Shown one piece after another: positions 8,422 through 17,042 of a stretch of 18,178 nucleotides of DNA (position 1 is its first letter; each line of letters opens with the position of its first letter). Made by a program: the position numbers and the translations under genes. The stretch is from positions 1-18,178 of the forward strand of contig JBHLME010000091.1 in assembly GCA_048938445.1 (NCBI GenBank). Reading direction: 5' to 3'. Source of the DNA: Promethearchaeota archaeon (lineage in GTDB: Archaea > Asgardarchaeota > Lokiarchaeia > Sigyniarchaeales > SOKP01). The notes beneath the pieces were generated by a model. It was not told where the DNA came from. It saw only the letters and a program-made list of their open reading frames with translations, and did no database searches.

Positions 8422-8468
8422 AGATAATCATCTTTTAAATAAGCAATTGACATAAAATTAAAACTAAA

Positions 8469-9329
8469 ATGAAAGTATTAATAATTTATTTTTCTCAAAC
8501 CGGAAATACTGAAAAAATAGCAAAAAAAATTCAAAATGGAATTAATAAAAGTGGAAATGATTGTCAAATTGAAAATATTTTAGACGTCAAACTTGAGCAA
8601 ATAAAAATTTTTGATTTAATTGGTCTTGGAACACCCACTTTTTTTTATAGAGAACCCCGAAATATTAAAAAATTTATTAATAACTTAGAACCCGTTAATC
8701 AAAAACATTGTTTTCTATTTTGCACGCATGGTTCTCAAATTGGAAATACATTTTATTACATGAAAGAAGCTTTAATAAATAAAGGATACTTAATAATAGG
8801 GACCTTTGATTCATATTCAGATGCATCAATACAATTTTATCCAACACCATGGCATACTACCGGTCATCCCGATGAAATTGAATTAAATGAGGCTGAAGAT
8901 TTTGGAAAAAACATTTGTAATATTAGCCTTAAGGTACATGATGGTGATTTAAGTTTAGTCCCTGAAATACAATTAATAACAGATACACTTTGGGCGCAAG
9001 AATCGAGTCAGTTAACATTAGACATTTTAAGAAGGGGATCGCCTCGCTTTACCATAAATCAAGAAAAATGTACACAGTGCTTACAATGTCAAAACAAATG
9101 TCCGTCAAATGCTATTAATATTGAAATTGATCCTCCAGAAATCCAAAATGAAGGATGTATATTTTGTTGGTTTTGTGAGAAACTCTGTCCTGAAGGAGCT
9201 ATTGAGGCCGATTGGGAGGCCATGAAAATAAGAAATAGGAAGAATTTAACTATGTACGTTAAATTTTTAGAAGAGGCCGAAAAGGAGGGTAAATTTCGAC
9301 CGTATATTGACTATAAAAAGATAATTTAA
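8469..9329 (+). CDS. Flavodoxin + 2x[4Fe-4S] ferredoxin fusion (EFR1-like)
   Basis: FMN phosphate loop YFSQTGNTEKIA, GLGTPTF, and two CxxCxxCxxxCP motifs (CTQCLQCQNKCP, CIFCWFCEKLCP). Confidence 0.92.
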   Translation: MKVLIIYFSQTGNTEKIAKKIQNGINKSGNDCQIENILDVKLEQIKIFDLIGLGTPTFFYREPRNIKKFINNLEPVNQKHCFLFCTHGSQIGNTFYYMKEALINKGYLIIGTFDSYSDASIQFYPTPWHTTGHPDEIELNEAEDFGKNICNISLKVHDGDLSLVPEIQLITDTLWAQESSQLTLDILRRGSPRFTINQEKCTQCLQCQNKCPSNAINIEIDPPEIQNEGCIFCWFCEKLCPEGAIEADWEAMKIRNRKNLTMYVKFLEEAEKEGKFRPYIDYKKII

Positions 9330-9368
9330 TGATATAATAAACAAAAAATATATTTAGAGAGATGTTAA

Positions 9369-9944
9369 ATGGAAATTGAAGTAGCAAAACAAATTTTAGG
9401 TGTTGAGTTCAGCTTCATTTATGACGATATCATTGGTCCTGTCTTCCAAATGTTAAATATTGATAAAAATGCGAAAATCTTGGATGTTGGAACGGGTGAA
9501 GGGAGAATGGCAATATCACTCGCATTACATAAACATTCAGTACTTACGGGTGAACCAGAAGAAGATTTTTCTGAATATGCAAAGCAAGATTGGCAAGGCA
9601 GTGCAAAAAGGGTGAAGGTAGACCATTTAATCACGTTTAAACCGTTTGATGCTAAAGACTTGCCTTTTGAAGATGAAGAATTTGATGTAGTTTTCATGAT
9701 GGGTGCTCTTCATCACATAAATAATAGAAGTTCGGCAATAAAAGAATGTATTCGTGTTGTTAAATCCGGTGGAAAATTTTGTATCATCGAGCCTACAGCA
9801 AAAGGACTAAAAATAATAAGAAAAAGAATGCCCAACCACCCAGATGCTGTTGATCCAAGAGATTATTTAAAAGAATTTCCATTAGAGATAAAAAATAGCT
9901 TCATGTTTGATGCCTTTATCTTTAAAAAAAATGAAATTCTGTAA
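9369..9944 (+). CDS. Class I SAM-dependent methyltransferase
   Basis: Motif I ILDVGTGEG, then DAKDLPFEDEEFDVV, ALHHI and RVVKSGG. Confidence 0.92.
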   Translation: MEIEVAKQILGVEFSFIYDDIIGPVFQMLNIDKNAKILDVGTGEGRMAISLALHKHSVLTGEPEEDFSEYAKQDWQGSAKRVKVDHLITFKPFDAKDLPFEDEEFDVVFMMGALHHINNRSSAIKECIRVVKSGGKFCIIEPTAKGLKIIRKRMPNHPDAVDPRDYLKEFPLEIKNSFMFDAFIFKKNEIL

Positions 9945-9957
9945 GATATTCTTGAGG

Positions 9958-11211
9958 TTATCTACTGAAAATTCTTTTCGTTATTGACAAAGCACAATAT
10001 TTCCCACACATCGAACAATCTTTTTCGTGATTTTGAGGATTTTCGATTAATTTTTCAGGATCAATACCTAATTCAAATTGTTTGTTCCAATCTTTTGAAA
10101 ATCTATTTTTAGCAAGTTTGAGATCATTATCAAAAAGGTGATTTAATCCAAATTTTAAAGAATCACCTACATGGGCAGCAATTTTACAAGCTATTAATCC
10201 TTGTTTTATATCTTCAATATTTGGGAGTCTAAGATGTTCAGCAGGAGTAATAGCACATAAATAATCTGCTCCAAAACCCGATGCAAATGCACCTCCTATT
10301 GAAGCGGCAATGTGATCATATCCAACAGCAATATCTGTAGGAAGTGGTCCTGATACAAATAAAGGACGGTTACTTGTTATTTTTTTATGGATTTTAATCC
10401 AATCAATTAAATCTCTAGCATTAACATGCCCTCCCAAACCTTCCAATATGACCTGAATGCCTTGATCATTGGCCTTTTTTGCCAGCTTTGAATTCAACAT
10501 TATTTCAGCAAATTGGAATCCATCCATTCTATCGTGAACACACCCGCTCCTCATTGCATTCCCCAAGTTTAGAACAACATCTTTTTCTTTTAATAAATCT
10601 AATATATAATCAAAATTTTTTAAAAATGGATTTTCCCTTGAATTATGATGCATTATAGAGGCTGTAAAACTACCTCCTTTGGACACTATTCCCATAATTC
10701 GTTTATCTTTCATTTTATATAAATTCTCGAGAGTAAAAGCAGGATGTATTACAATTGAACTTACTCCATCATCAATTTGCTTTTGAATTATCTTAATAAT
10801 TAAATCTTCTGAAACATCAATTAAAGAATTAGCCTCAACAACGGATTGATAAATAGGAACTGTTGTTATGGGAACAGAAGAATTTTCTATTATTTTTTTT
10901 CTTATTTGATTTATATTTCCTCCCATTGATAAATCTGAAATGGTATCAGCTCCAAATTTTTGAGCAATTTCGACTTTTTTGAGTTCTTCTACCTCATCAT
11001 GGATAGTAGAAGAAGTTCCGAGATTCACGTTTATTTTTGTTCGCAATAATGTACCAATACCTAATGGTTTGGATTTTTTTCGCTTTATTATTATCGCGCG
11101 TCCTTTTGAGATTTCATTTAACAATGCATAAGCATCTAAATTCTCATCCTTTGAAACCACCTTTATCTCATCAATCATTCTTCCATTTACAGCGTCTTCA
11201 TAGATAGTCAT
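9958..11211 (-). CDS. thiC: ThiC/Bza-family radical SAM enzyme (divergent phosphomethylpyrimidine synthase-like)
   Basis: TKINVNLGTS, GADTISDLS, TVPIYQ, ENPF, GPLPTDIAVGYDHI, TPAEHL, KIAAHVGD and C-terminal CSMCGKYC cluster motif. Short archaeal-type length. Several substrate-site residues are altered (see findings), so the gene symbol denotes family only. Confidence 0.8.
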   Translation of the reverse strand: MTIYEDAVNGRMIDEIKVVSKDENLDAYALLNEISKGRAIIIKRKKSKPLGIGTLLRTKINVNLGTSSTIHDEVEELKKVEIAQKFGADTISDLSMGGNINQIRKKIIENSSVPITTVPIYQSVVEANSLIDVSEDLIIKIIQKQIDDGVSSIVIHPAFTLENLYKMKDKRIMGIVSKGGSFTASIMHHNSRENPFLKNFDYILDLLKEKDVVLNLGNAMRSGCVHDRMDGFQFAEIMLNSKLAKKANDQGIQVILEGLGGHVNARDLIDWIKIHKKITSNRPLFVSGPLPTDIAVGYDHIAASIGGAFASGFGADYLCAITPAEHLRLPNIEDIKQGLIACKIAAHVGDSLKFGLNHLFDNDLKLAKNRFSKDWNKQFELGIDPEKLIENPQNHEKDCSMCGKYCALSITKRIFSR

Positions 11212-11543
11212 ATTTTTTCAACACGATAGGTAATAGTATAATTAGAACAATTTAGCGTACCTAATTTACTCTTTTTTTTTTTAATAAATTTGAAGAAAGA
11301 AATAGGGATGAGGAATAAAAAATTCCTAATAGTATAGAAAGAGAATGATAAGGCGATTAGGGTAGGAACTTTTATTCTAAATTCATAACTTTACATGGGT
11401 GTGCTAAAATAAAATTAGATTATGTGGATTAAAATCACTATACCGTGTTAATTTATTAATTTTTAAAAAATTAAAATTTATAATTCAAGAATTTTTAAAA
11501 CAAAATTACTATAGTACAATTATTATAAATGTAAGTGGACAAA

Positions 11544-11681
11544 ATGAAATGTGAAATCTGCAGAAAAGAAGTATCAGGTATTAATGCCATACAAAAATTT
11601 GATGTTGATGAATACACAACCGTACATGTTTTTTGTTCTGAAGAATGTCAGAAGAAGTGGAAATCTAAGAAAAAAAAATGA
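11544..11681 (+). CDS. 45-aa TRASH/YHS/MYM-like zinc-finger microprotein
   Basis: Manual translation gives MKCEICRKEVSGINAIQKFDVDEYTTVHVFCSEECQKKWKSKKKK*, i.e. CxxC-x24-CxxxC with the FCSxxC signature. Below the ORF-track cut-off. GTGGA upstream. Confidence 0.75.
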   Translation: MKCEICRKEVSGINAIQKFDVDEYTTVHVFCSEECQKKWKSKKKK

Positions 11682-11912
11682 ATTCATGCAAAAACATTTA
11701 TAAAATTTCTTAAAAATAACTTTTATTCTTTTAGAATTACATGTTCTAAAGAATGAACGACCATTCAATTATTAAAGTATATTCTTAGTATCTATAAGAA
11801 AATATTTCTCATTTATTAAATAGGGAATAATTATAAATATAATACAATAATATCATTTATTGGTATATCTAATATATAATTTAATTTACACCAAAAGAGG
11901 GTAGTTCTATTA

Positions 11913-12209
11913 ATGGAAGAAATCGAAATCAAAAAAGAAGTTTTTAAAAAACGAAAAGAAAAATATATGGAAGAGGCAAGTTTACAGTATGAAAAAGTGT
12001 ACTTGGAACTTAAATTAAAAATCATGGAAAAAAATAAAGAAAAGTTAAGACCACTAATAAAAAAGCATAATAACAAAGTAATTGATTATTTTGAAAAACG
12101 ACTCTCAGAAGAAGTTAATAAAGCAGAAAGACAAGGTAAAAATTTTAAGACACCTGAATATGTTAAATTAGTAAAAGATTTTTGGGATAGATTATACATT
12201 TTTGAATAA
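11913..12209 (+). CDS. Hypothetical charged helical protein (98 aa)
   Basis: ATG with GAGGG upstream. K/E-rich composition typical of real genes in this window. No recognisable motif. Confidence 0.65.
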   Translation: MEEIEIKKEVFKKRKEKYMEEASLQYEKVYLELKLKIMEKNKEKLRPLIKKHNNKVIDYFEKRLSEEVNKAERQGKNFKTPEYVKLVKDFWDRLYIFE

Positions 12210-12274
12210 TAATATAAATCTCAAATTATGTATACTTAGTTAAAGTTCAATAAGAAAAATAATAAGGTTATTTT

Positions 12275-13195
12275 TTACATTGGAGGAGTCGTTAAAATCT
12301 GCGATACTCTCTCCCAACACGTTTTTATATCCCAATCTTTTTTGGATTTGATTTGGGCGGAAATATTTTTCAAAACATCTCTTATTTGAAGGCTTTCAAA
12401 GACATTTATCTTAGGTGCTATTACACCAAGCATGTATTGTTTCTCTCCTCCTCTCGTTTTAGCATCTGGATATGAATCAAAAAATATATAACCCCAACGT
12501 TTAATATTCTCGATATTCAATAATATTCCTTCGGCTTTCGTTATGTTTTCATGGCCATAGATGGATACAGTTGATTGAAATAATTGTGTTCCTACAGCTT
12601 CTAATTTGATATTTAATTTTGATTCTTTTGGATAATATGATTTTAACTCTGGACCTATATAATCATGCCAAGCAATCCAAAGAACGATAATTAGTTCTTT
12701 TTCAGCTTCTGAAATTGAAGGTGTAATATCAATATTCATTAACTCGATTAATTCTTCTACTTTCTTGTTAACTAAGCGGATTTTTTGGCTTCGAGCTATT
12801 TTTCCTCCTACAACCGCATAAAGATCTTCCCTCTTAATAGGTTTTGTTATGTAATCATCCACACCTAATAATTTACCTAGTCGAACATCTTCAGGAGTAG
12901 ATAGTGCACTAAGAAAAACAAAGGGAATTTGATTTAGATTAGGATTTTCTGAGACTGTTTTAAAAAATTCATATCCATCCATTCCTGGCATTAAAATATC
13001 GCTAATGATAAGATCTGGAATTTTATCTGAAATTTCTGAGAGAACATTCAATGCATCTATCCCATTTTTTGCAGTAATTACGTGATAATCTGCAATTTCT
13101 AGTGTTTTTTGAGTTAACATGAGTATATCTGGATCGTCCTCGACTAGTAAAATTAATGGTTTCACTTTTACATCTGCTGTATTATTTAATGTCAT
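12275..13195 (-). CDS. Response regulator: receiver domain + C-terminal longin/uDENN-like domain
   Basis: Intact REC domain (LLVEDD, phospho-acceptor D66 in ISDILMPGMDG, FLSA, DYITKP). aa168-302 carry WHDYIGPELKSYYP and FFDSYPDAKTRGGEKQYMLGVI, resembling NPRL2/FLCN-type longin motifs. REC call is secure; longin call is moderate. Confidence 0.85.
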   Translation of the reverse strand: MTLNNTADVKVKPLILLVEDDPDILMLTQKTLEIADYHVITAKNGIDALNVLSEISDKIPDLIISDILMPGMDGYEFFKTVSENPNLNQIPFVFLSALSTPEDVRLGKLLGVDDYITKPIKREDLYAVVGGKIARSQKIRLVNKKVEELIELMNIDITPSISEAEKELIIVLWIAWHDYIGPELKSYYPKESKLNIKLEAVGTQLFQSTVSIYGHENITKAEGILLNIENIKRWGYIFFDSYPDAKTRGGEKQYMLGVIAPKINVFESLQIRDVLKNISAQIKSKKDWDIKTCWERVSQILTTPPM

Positions 13196-13230
13196 TTTAT
13201 CGAAAATATTGGATTATTATATTTTAGTAT

Positions 13231-14802
13231 TTATAATTTTTTAATTTTTTTTTGATTAATTGGAAGTTTTATTATGAACGTCGAACCTTTATTTCGACCA
13301 TCTGATTTAACATTAATCTCACCATCATAGAGATCAACAATTTTTTTAGTGATGTAGAGCCCTAGTCCCGAACCTTGAATATTTAGATATTCAGTTCCTG
13401 GTCCTTGTCTCTCAAGTTTGCTAAATCGGGTGAATTTAATGAGTCTATTTAATTCATTTTCGGTTAAACCCACACCCGTATCCTTTACGCTAATTTCCGC
13501 CCAATCTTCATTCTTTTTAAGTGAAATATCAATTTTACCTCTTGGTGGTGTATTTTTAATAGCATTTGATAATAAATTCATAAAGACTTGTTCAATTCTT
13601 AATTTATCGACTTCTAATGACAAATCTGCTTGAAGATTTAGATTCAGTGCAATTTCTCTTCTTTTTAATAAATATTTCATCTCATTTGAACAATCTTGAA
13701 TAACCGTGCTTAGATTACATTCCTTATTTTCTAAATTAAGTGAATCTAGCTCCAACCTAGAGATATCAAAAAATCTTTCTACTAAGCTAGCTAATCTCCT
13801 ACTTCCTCTATCTATCATCTTGACTAGATCTAAAGCATCTTCGTCTGCTTTTGATATATATACTTCTAAAAGAAGCTCAGAAGCTCCTGAAATGGTCATC
13901 AATGGTGTTTTCAATTCATGTGATACACTTGAAACCAGGTCTTTTCTTATTTTTTCAAGTTCTTTTAATTTCTCTATTTCTTCCCTAATTAAATCTTCTG
14001 CTCTCTTTTGTTCTGAGATATTGTAAAACATGACTTGCATCATGATTTCACTATCTACAGTAACCAAGGATGATTGCATGTTAGTCCAAATTAAATTACC
14101 ATCTTTTTTTTTAAATTGTGCCTCTAATATCAGTAATTCACTGCTTTCTGGATTGTTTTTAAAATAATCAAAAAGAAAATGTAAATTCTCTTTAAGAGTA
14201 ATTGAAAATTCTGAAAATATTTTACCAATTAATTCGTCTTTTGGATATCCAAGCACTCTAGTTGTAGTATAGTTACAATCTTTAATGATACCATTTGAAT
14301 CAAGTAAAACTATCGAAAAAGGTAAGCTTTCAATTAAATTGTGGTATTTTTCTTCAGTTTTCATTAATATTTTACCATTTAATTTTAATCCTCCAATAAA
14401 TGCCTCATTTTTTTCTTTTTCAATTGGTTCCTTTTTAGAAATTTCTCTAAGCATTAAAATTGTCTTTAAACCATCTTTTGTACTTGTTAAGACCTTGCTC
14501 TTTACTTCAAATAAATTCCACTGTCCATTTTTATGTTTTACATGCAATTCAACTATTTTTGAATCAAATAATCTCTTTTCGGTATTTTTATCAAAAATTA
14601 ACTTTTTATCATCAGGATGTATAATACTAGTTATTTTTTTCCCAATAATATCTTTTTTTGAATAACCTAAGCTTTTAAGATAGATATCTTCATTAATATA
14701 ATCAATTTCAAATTTGTCATTGAGAACGACGACATAATCATTTGAATTTTGCATTATAAATGAGATAATATCATATGTTTCTTTGTTAATATCTTCTTTC
14801 AT
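13231..14802 (-). CDS. Cytoplasmic PAS-PAS sensor histidine kinase (HisKA + HATPase_c)
   Basis: Two PAS domains (IIHPDD...HKNGQW; YHNLIESLP...KKDGNLIW), H-box VSHELKTPL, N-box NLLSNAIK, G1 DTGVG and G2 GSGLGL. No hydrophobic transmembrane stretch. Ends 35 nt upstream of the regulator. Confidence 0.95.
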   Translation of the reverse strand: MKEDINKETYDIISFIMQNSNDYVVVLNDKFEIDYINEDIYLKSLGYSKKDIIGKKITSIIHPDDKKLIFDKNTEKRLFDSKIVELHVKHKNGQWNLFEVKSKVLTSTKDGLKTILMLREISKKEPIEKEKNEAFIGGLKLNGKILMKTEEKYHNLIESLPFSIVLLDSNGIIKDCNYTTTRVLGYPKDELIGKIFSEFSITLKENLHFLFDYFKNNPESSELLILEAQFKKKDGNLIWTNMQSSLVTVDSEIMMQVMFYNISEQKRAEDLIREEIEKLKELEKIRKDLVSSVSHELKTPLMTISGASELLLEVYISKADEDALDLVKMIDRGSRRLASLVERFFDISRLELDSLNLENKECNLSTVIQDCSNEMKYLLKRREIALNLNLQADLSLEVDKLRIEQVFMNLLSNAIKNTPPRGKIDISLKKNEDWAEISVKDTGVGLTENELNRLIKFTRFSKLERQGPGTEYLNIQGSGLGLYITKKIVDLYDGEINVKSDGRNKGSTFIIKLPINQKKIKKL

Positions 14803-15181
14803 AAATTTGAACTTAGATGCTATATATTCTTACATTTATCCTAATTATGTACATAAGACTAATAACTTGTCCAATATTTAATTGTTAGTTTTTATATAAT
14901 GGTAATAATCTAGTTTTGTATAACACATACATATATAAGGATGGTTTTAAATTAATTTCCATAATTACAAAAACTTTTGAATGGGAATTTTATGTTGGAT
15001 AAAATATTCTTTTATTTCAGTGAAGCTAGCGCTATTCGATTTATTTGTAGAAAAGTGAAAAAAATTGATATATAGCGTGATATTGTATAAATCGTTTCTT
15101 AGATTTTCAAAAAGATTTAATAGTTAAATTCCCTAAAACAGAATTCATTAATTATAATTAAAGTGAGAGGAAAGTATTTTT

Positions 15182-16138
15182 ATGTTGTCCAACCAAGAAA
15201 CACAGATGATTATTAACAATCTTAATAAAGTTTTCATACCTCATAAGTCTGTCCTTGAAATGGAGGCTTTAATTTGCACTTGTTTAATTGATTTTGGCTA
15301 TGACCATATTAGAGAGGTTCCTAGTATTCGGCCAAATGCAGAACAATTATATGATATTTTGAAGATTAAAGGAATTCCACCATTAATGGAAATTGTCGAA
15401 AGATTTATCAATATAACTGTTGAAAAATTGAAACCTATTGCAATGTATTCGAGAAATCATCATAATATCAATAGGATGGGGAACGTAATTGCATATAGTA
15501 AAACGAGAATACCTCTGTTTTTAGCATTATATAGATTAAAATTCAAATTTTTATTATTAAAAAATTATCTGGATAGGTTCAAGCAAAATAATTATAATAT
15601 AATATCCCAAGATTCGAAAATAAAATTTAGAACAGCAATATATGAGGATTATTACTTGAAAAATAAGATGGCTCTTGATTTAATGATTCCTGAAAGACAC
15701 GAATCAAATGAGGTGAGAAAAAGATTGAATTTATCTGGAAAAATTCAGAGAGAAGACATAATTGATATGGCAACGATAGAAGATTTTACTTCAGGTGATA
15801 AAGAATCAAATTATTTAATGAGAAGCATTAAAGCATCATTTTTCGTGACTAAATTTCTATTTTCAAAAATTGATGTTTTAAAACCTTTCAGGACAGGAGA
15901 TATACAAGTGGATGTAGAGGAAACCATATCTAGCAATATAATCATACCTAACATGATCCAGGCGGTATCAAACTTTCATTCAGAGAATAATTTGAACCTA
16001 TTAAAAGATAGCTTCCTAGCATTCGAATTTTTAATAAAAAATGTGCTTGAAGGAATAAATAATGCATTAGGTATTGCTTCTGGAGGTCAAATACAACTTG
16101 ATTTAGAATCAAACATTAAAGATTTTAATGTTAATTAG
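15182..16138 (+). CDS. Hypothetical protein (318 aa)
   Basis: Long ORF in AT-rich DNA with GAGAGGA upstream. No recognisable motif. Confidence 0.75.
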   Translation: MLSNQETQMIINNLNKVFIPHKSVLEMEALICTCLIDFGYDHIREVPSIRPNAEQLYDILKIKGIPPLMEIVERFINITVEKLKPIAMYSRNHHNINRMGNVIAYSKTRIPLFLALYRLKFKFLLLKNYLDRFKQNNYNIISQDSKIKFRTAIYEDYYLKNKMALDLMIPERHESNEVRKRLNLSGKIQREDIIDMATIEDFTSGDKESNYLMRSIKASFFVTKFLFSKIDVLKPFRTGDIQVDVEETISSNIIIPNMIQAVSNFHSENNLNLLKDSFLAFEFLIKNVLEGINNALGIASGGQIQLDLESNIKDFNVN

Positions 16139-16917
16139 CGATAAATTAACTCCTCCTTTCTGATATCACTTTGTAATTGTTCAAATTCCTTATCGGATAA
16201 AAATCCCTTATGCATTAGAATATCATAAATTTTTTCAATTAATCTTGATGAAATTTTGGTATTTTCATCATATTCTTCTATTTTTTCAACTTTCCGGGAT
16301 AATTCAAGTATATCTTTGGTTTTTTCTGCTAATTGATATTTTAGTTTATCGATTAATTTATCTTTATCTTGAATTGATACTTCTAAACCTTCCTTAACGA
16401 AAGAAACCTCTTTCTCTTTCCGGTCTAATTTGATTTCAAGAATTTTTATTTGATCATCTTTATCATTTATGATACTCGCCAGGTGTTCTATTTCTTTATC
16501 TCTCTCTGATATTAGCATTTCAAGATCATCATTTTTCTCTGAAGTCAAATTTTCTAATTCCATTTCTAGATCCTTTTTTTCTTTTTGCACCTTGATCAAG
16601 CTTTTCTCTAACTGAGTATTAATATTTTTTAGGACATCTCTTTCTTGCTTGAGGAATTCTTCATTTTTATGGATTTCATCTTTTTTAAGCGTAAATAATT
16701 CAGAAACACTTGATAAGTGTTCTTGTGTATTGTTTAATTTGTTTTGAATTTGGAGAATATCTTCCATTTTCTTACTTAATTCAACCTTGTATCGCTCAAG
16801 TTGTAGATCTAAATTATTCATTTTTGCTTCCATATCTAAAAGCATTTGGCCTTTAATTTTTTGAAATGATTCAGGTTTTTCACGAGCTTTTTTCCAGTCT
16901 ATGACCACAGATTTCAC
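16135..16917 (-). CDS. Long coiled-coil protein with short SHOCT-like C-terminal motif
   Basis: GTG start. About 190 aa of K/E/L/Q heptad-like sequence without Pro, then C-terminal ILMHKGFLSDKEFEQL. Stop codon overlaps that of the convergent ORF (TTAG 16135-16138). Confidence 0.75.
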   Translation of the reverse strand: MKSVVIDWKKAREKPESFQKIKGQMLLDMEAKMNNLDLQLERYKVELSKKMEDILQIQNKLNNTQEHLSSVSELFTLKKDEIHKNEEFLKQERDVLKNINTQLEKSLIKVQKEKKDLEMELENLTSEKNDDLEMLISERDKEIEHLASIINDKDDQIKILEIKLDRKEKEVSFVKEGLEVSIQDKDKLIDKLKYQLAEKTKDILELSRKVEKIEEYDENTKISSRLIEKIYDILMHKGFLSDKEFEQLQSDIRKEELIYR

Positions 16918-17042
16918 CCCATTTAATCATTAATATTGTTTCATCCAACCTTTTATTAAAATTCTTTATCGAATTTTTTAAGGTATTGGACGTTTCTGTA
17001 TAAAATAAGTATGCTTTCTATAAAAACGTTTCTTTAGTTGGA

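Noticed and set aside
11208-11390. Open minus-strand frame with a hydrophobic stretch and Lys run, ending at ATGA over the thiC start
   Set aside because: No in-frame ATG/GTG/TTG after the upstream TAA, so it cannot be supported as a gene.
11445-11500. AT-only inverted repeats (e.g. AATTTTTAAAAAATT) and poly-T runs such as 3369-3377
   Set aside because: Expected by chance in very AT-rich intergenic DNA. They may be terminators or operators but this is not supportable from sequence alone.
11212-11543. TPP riboswitch upstream of the thiC-like gene
   Set aside because: No CTGAGA core or GC-rich stems on the minus strand. An Infernal RF00059 scan would be decisive.
16135-16917. SMC/chromosome partition protein
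   Set aside because: No Walker A/B or hinge and far too short. Similarity would be coiled-coil composition only.
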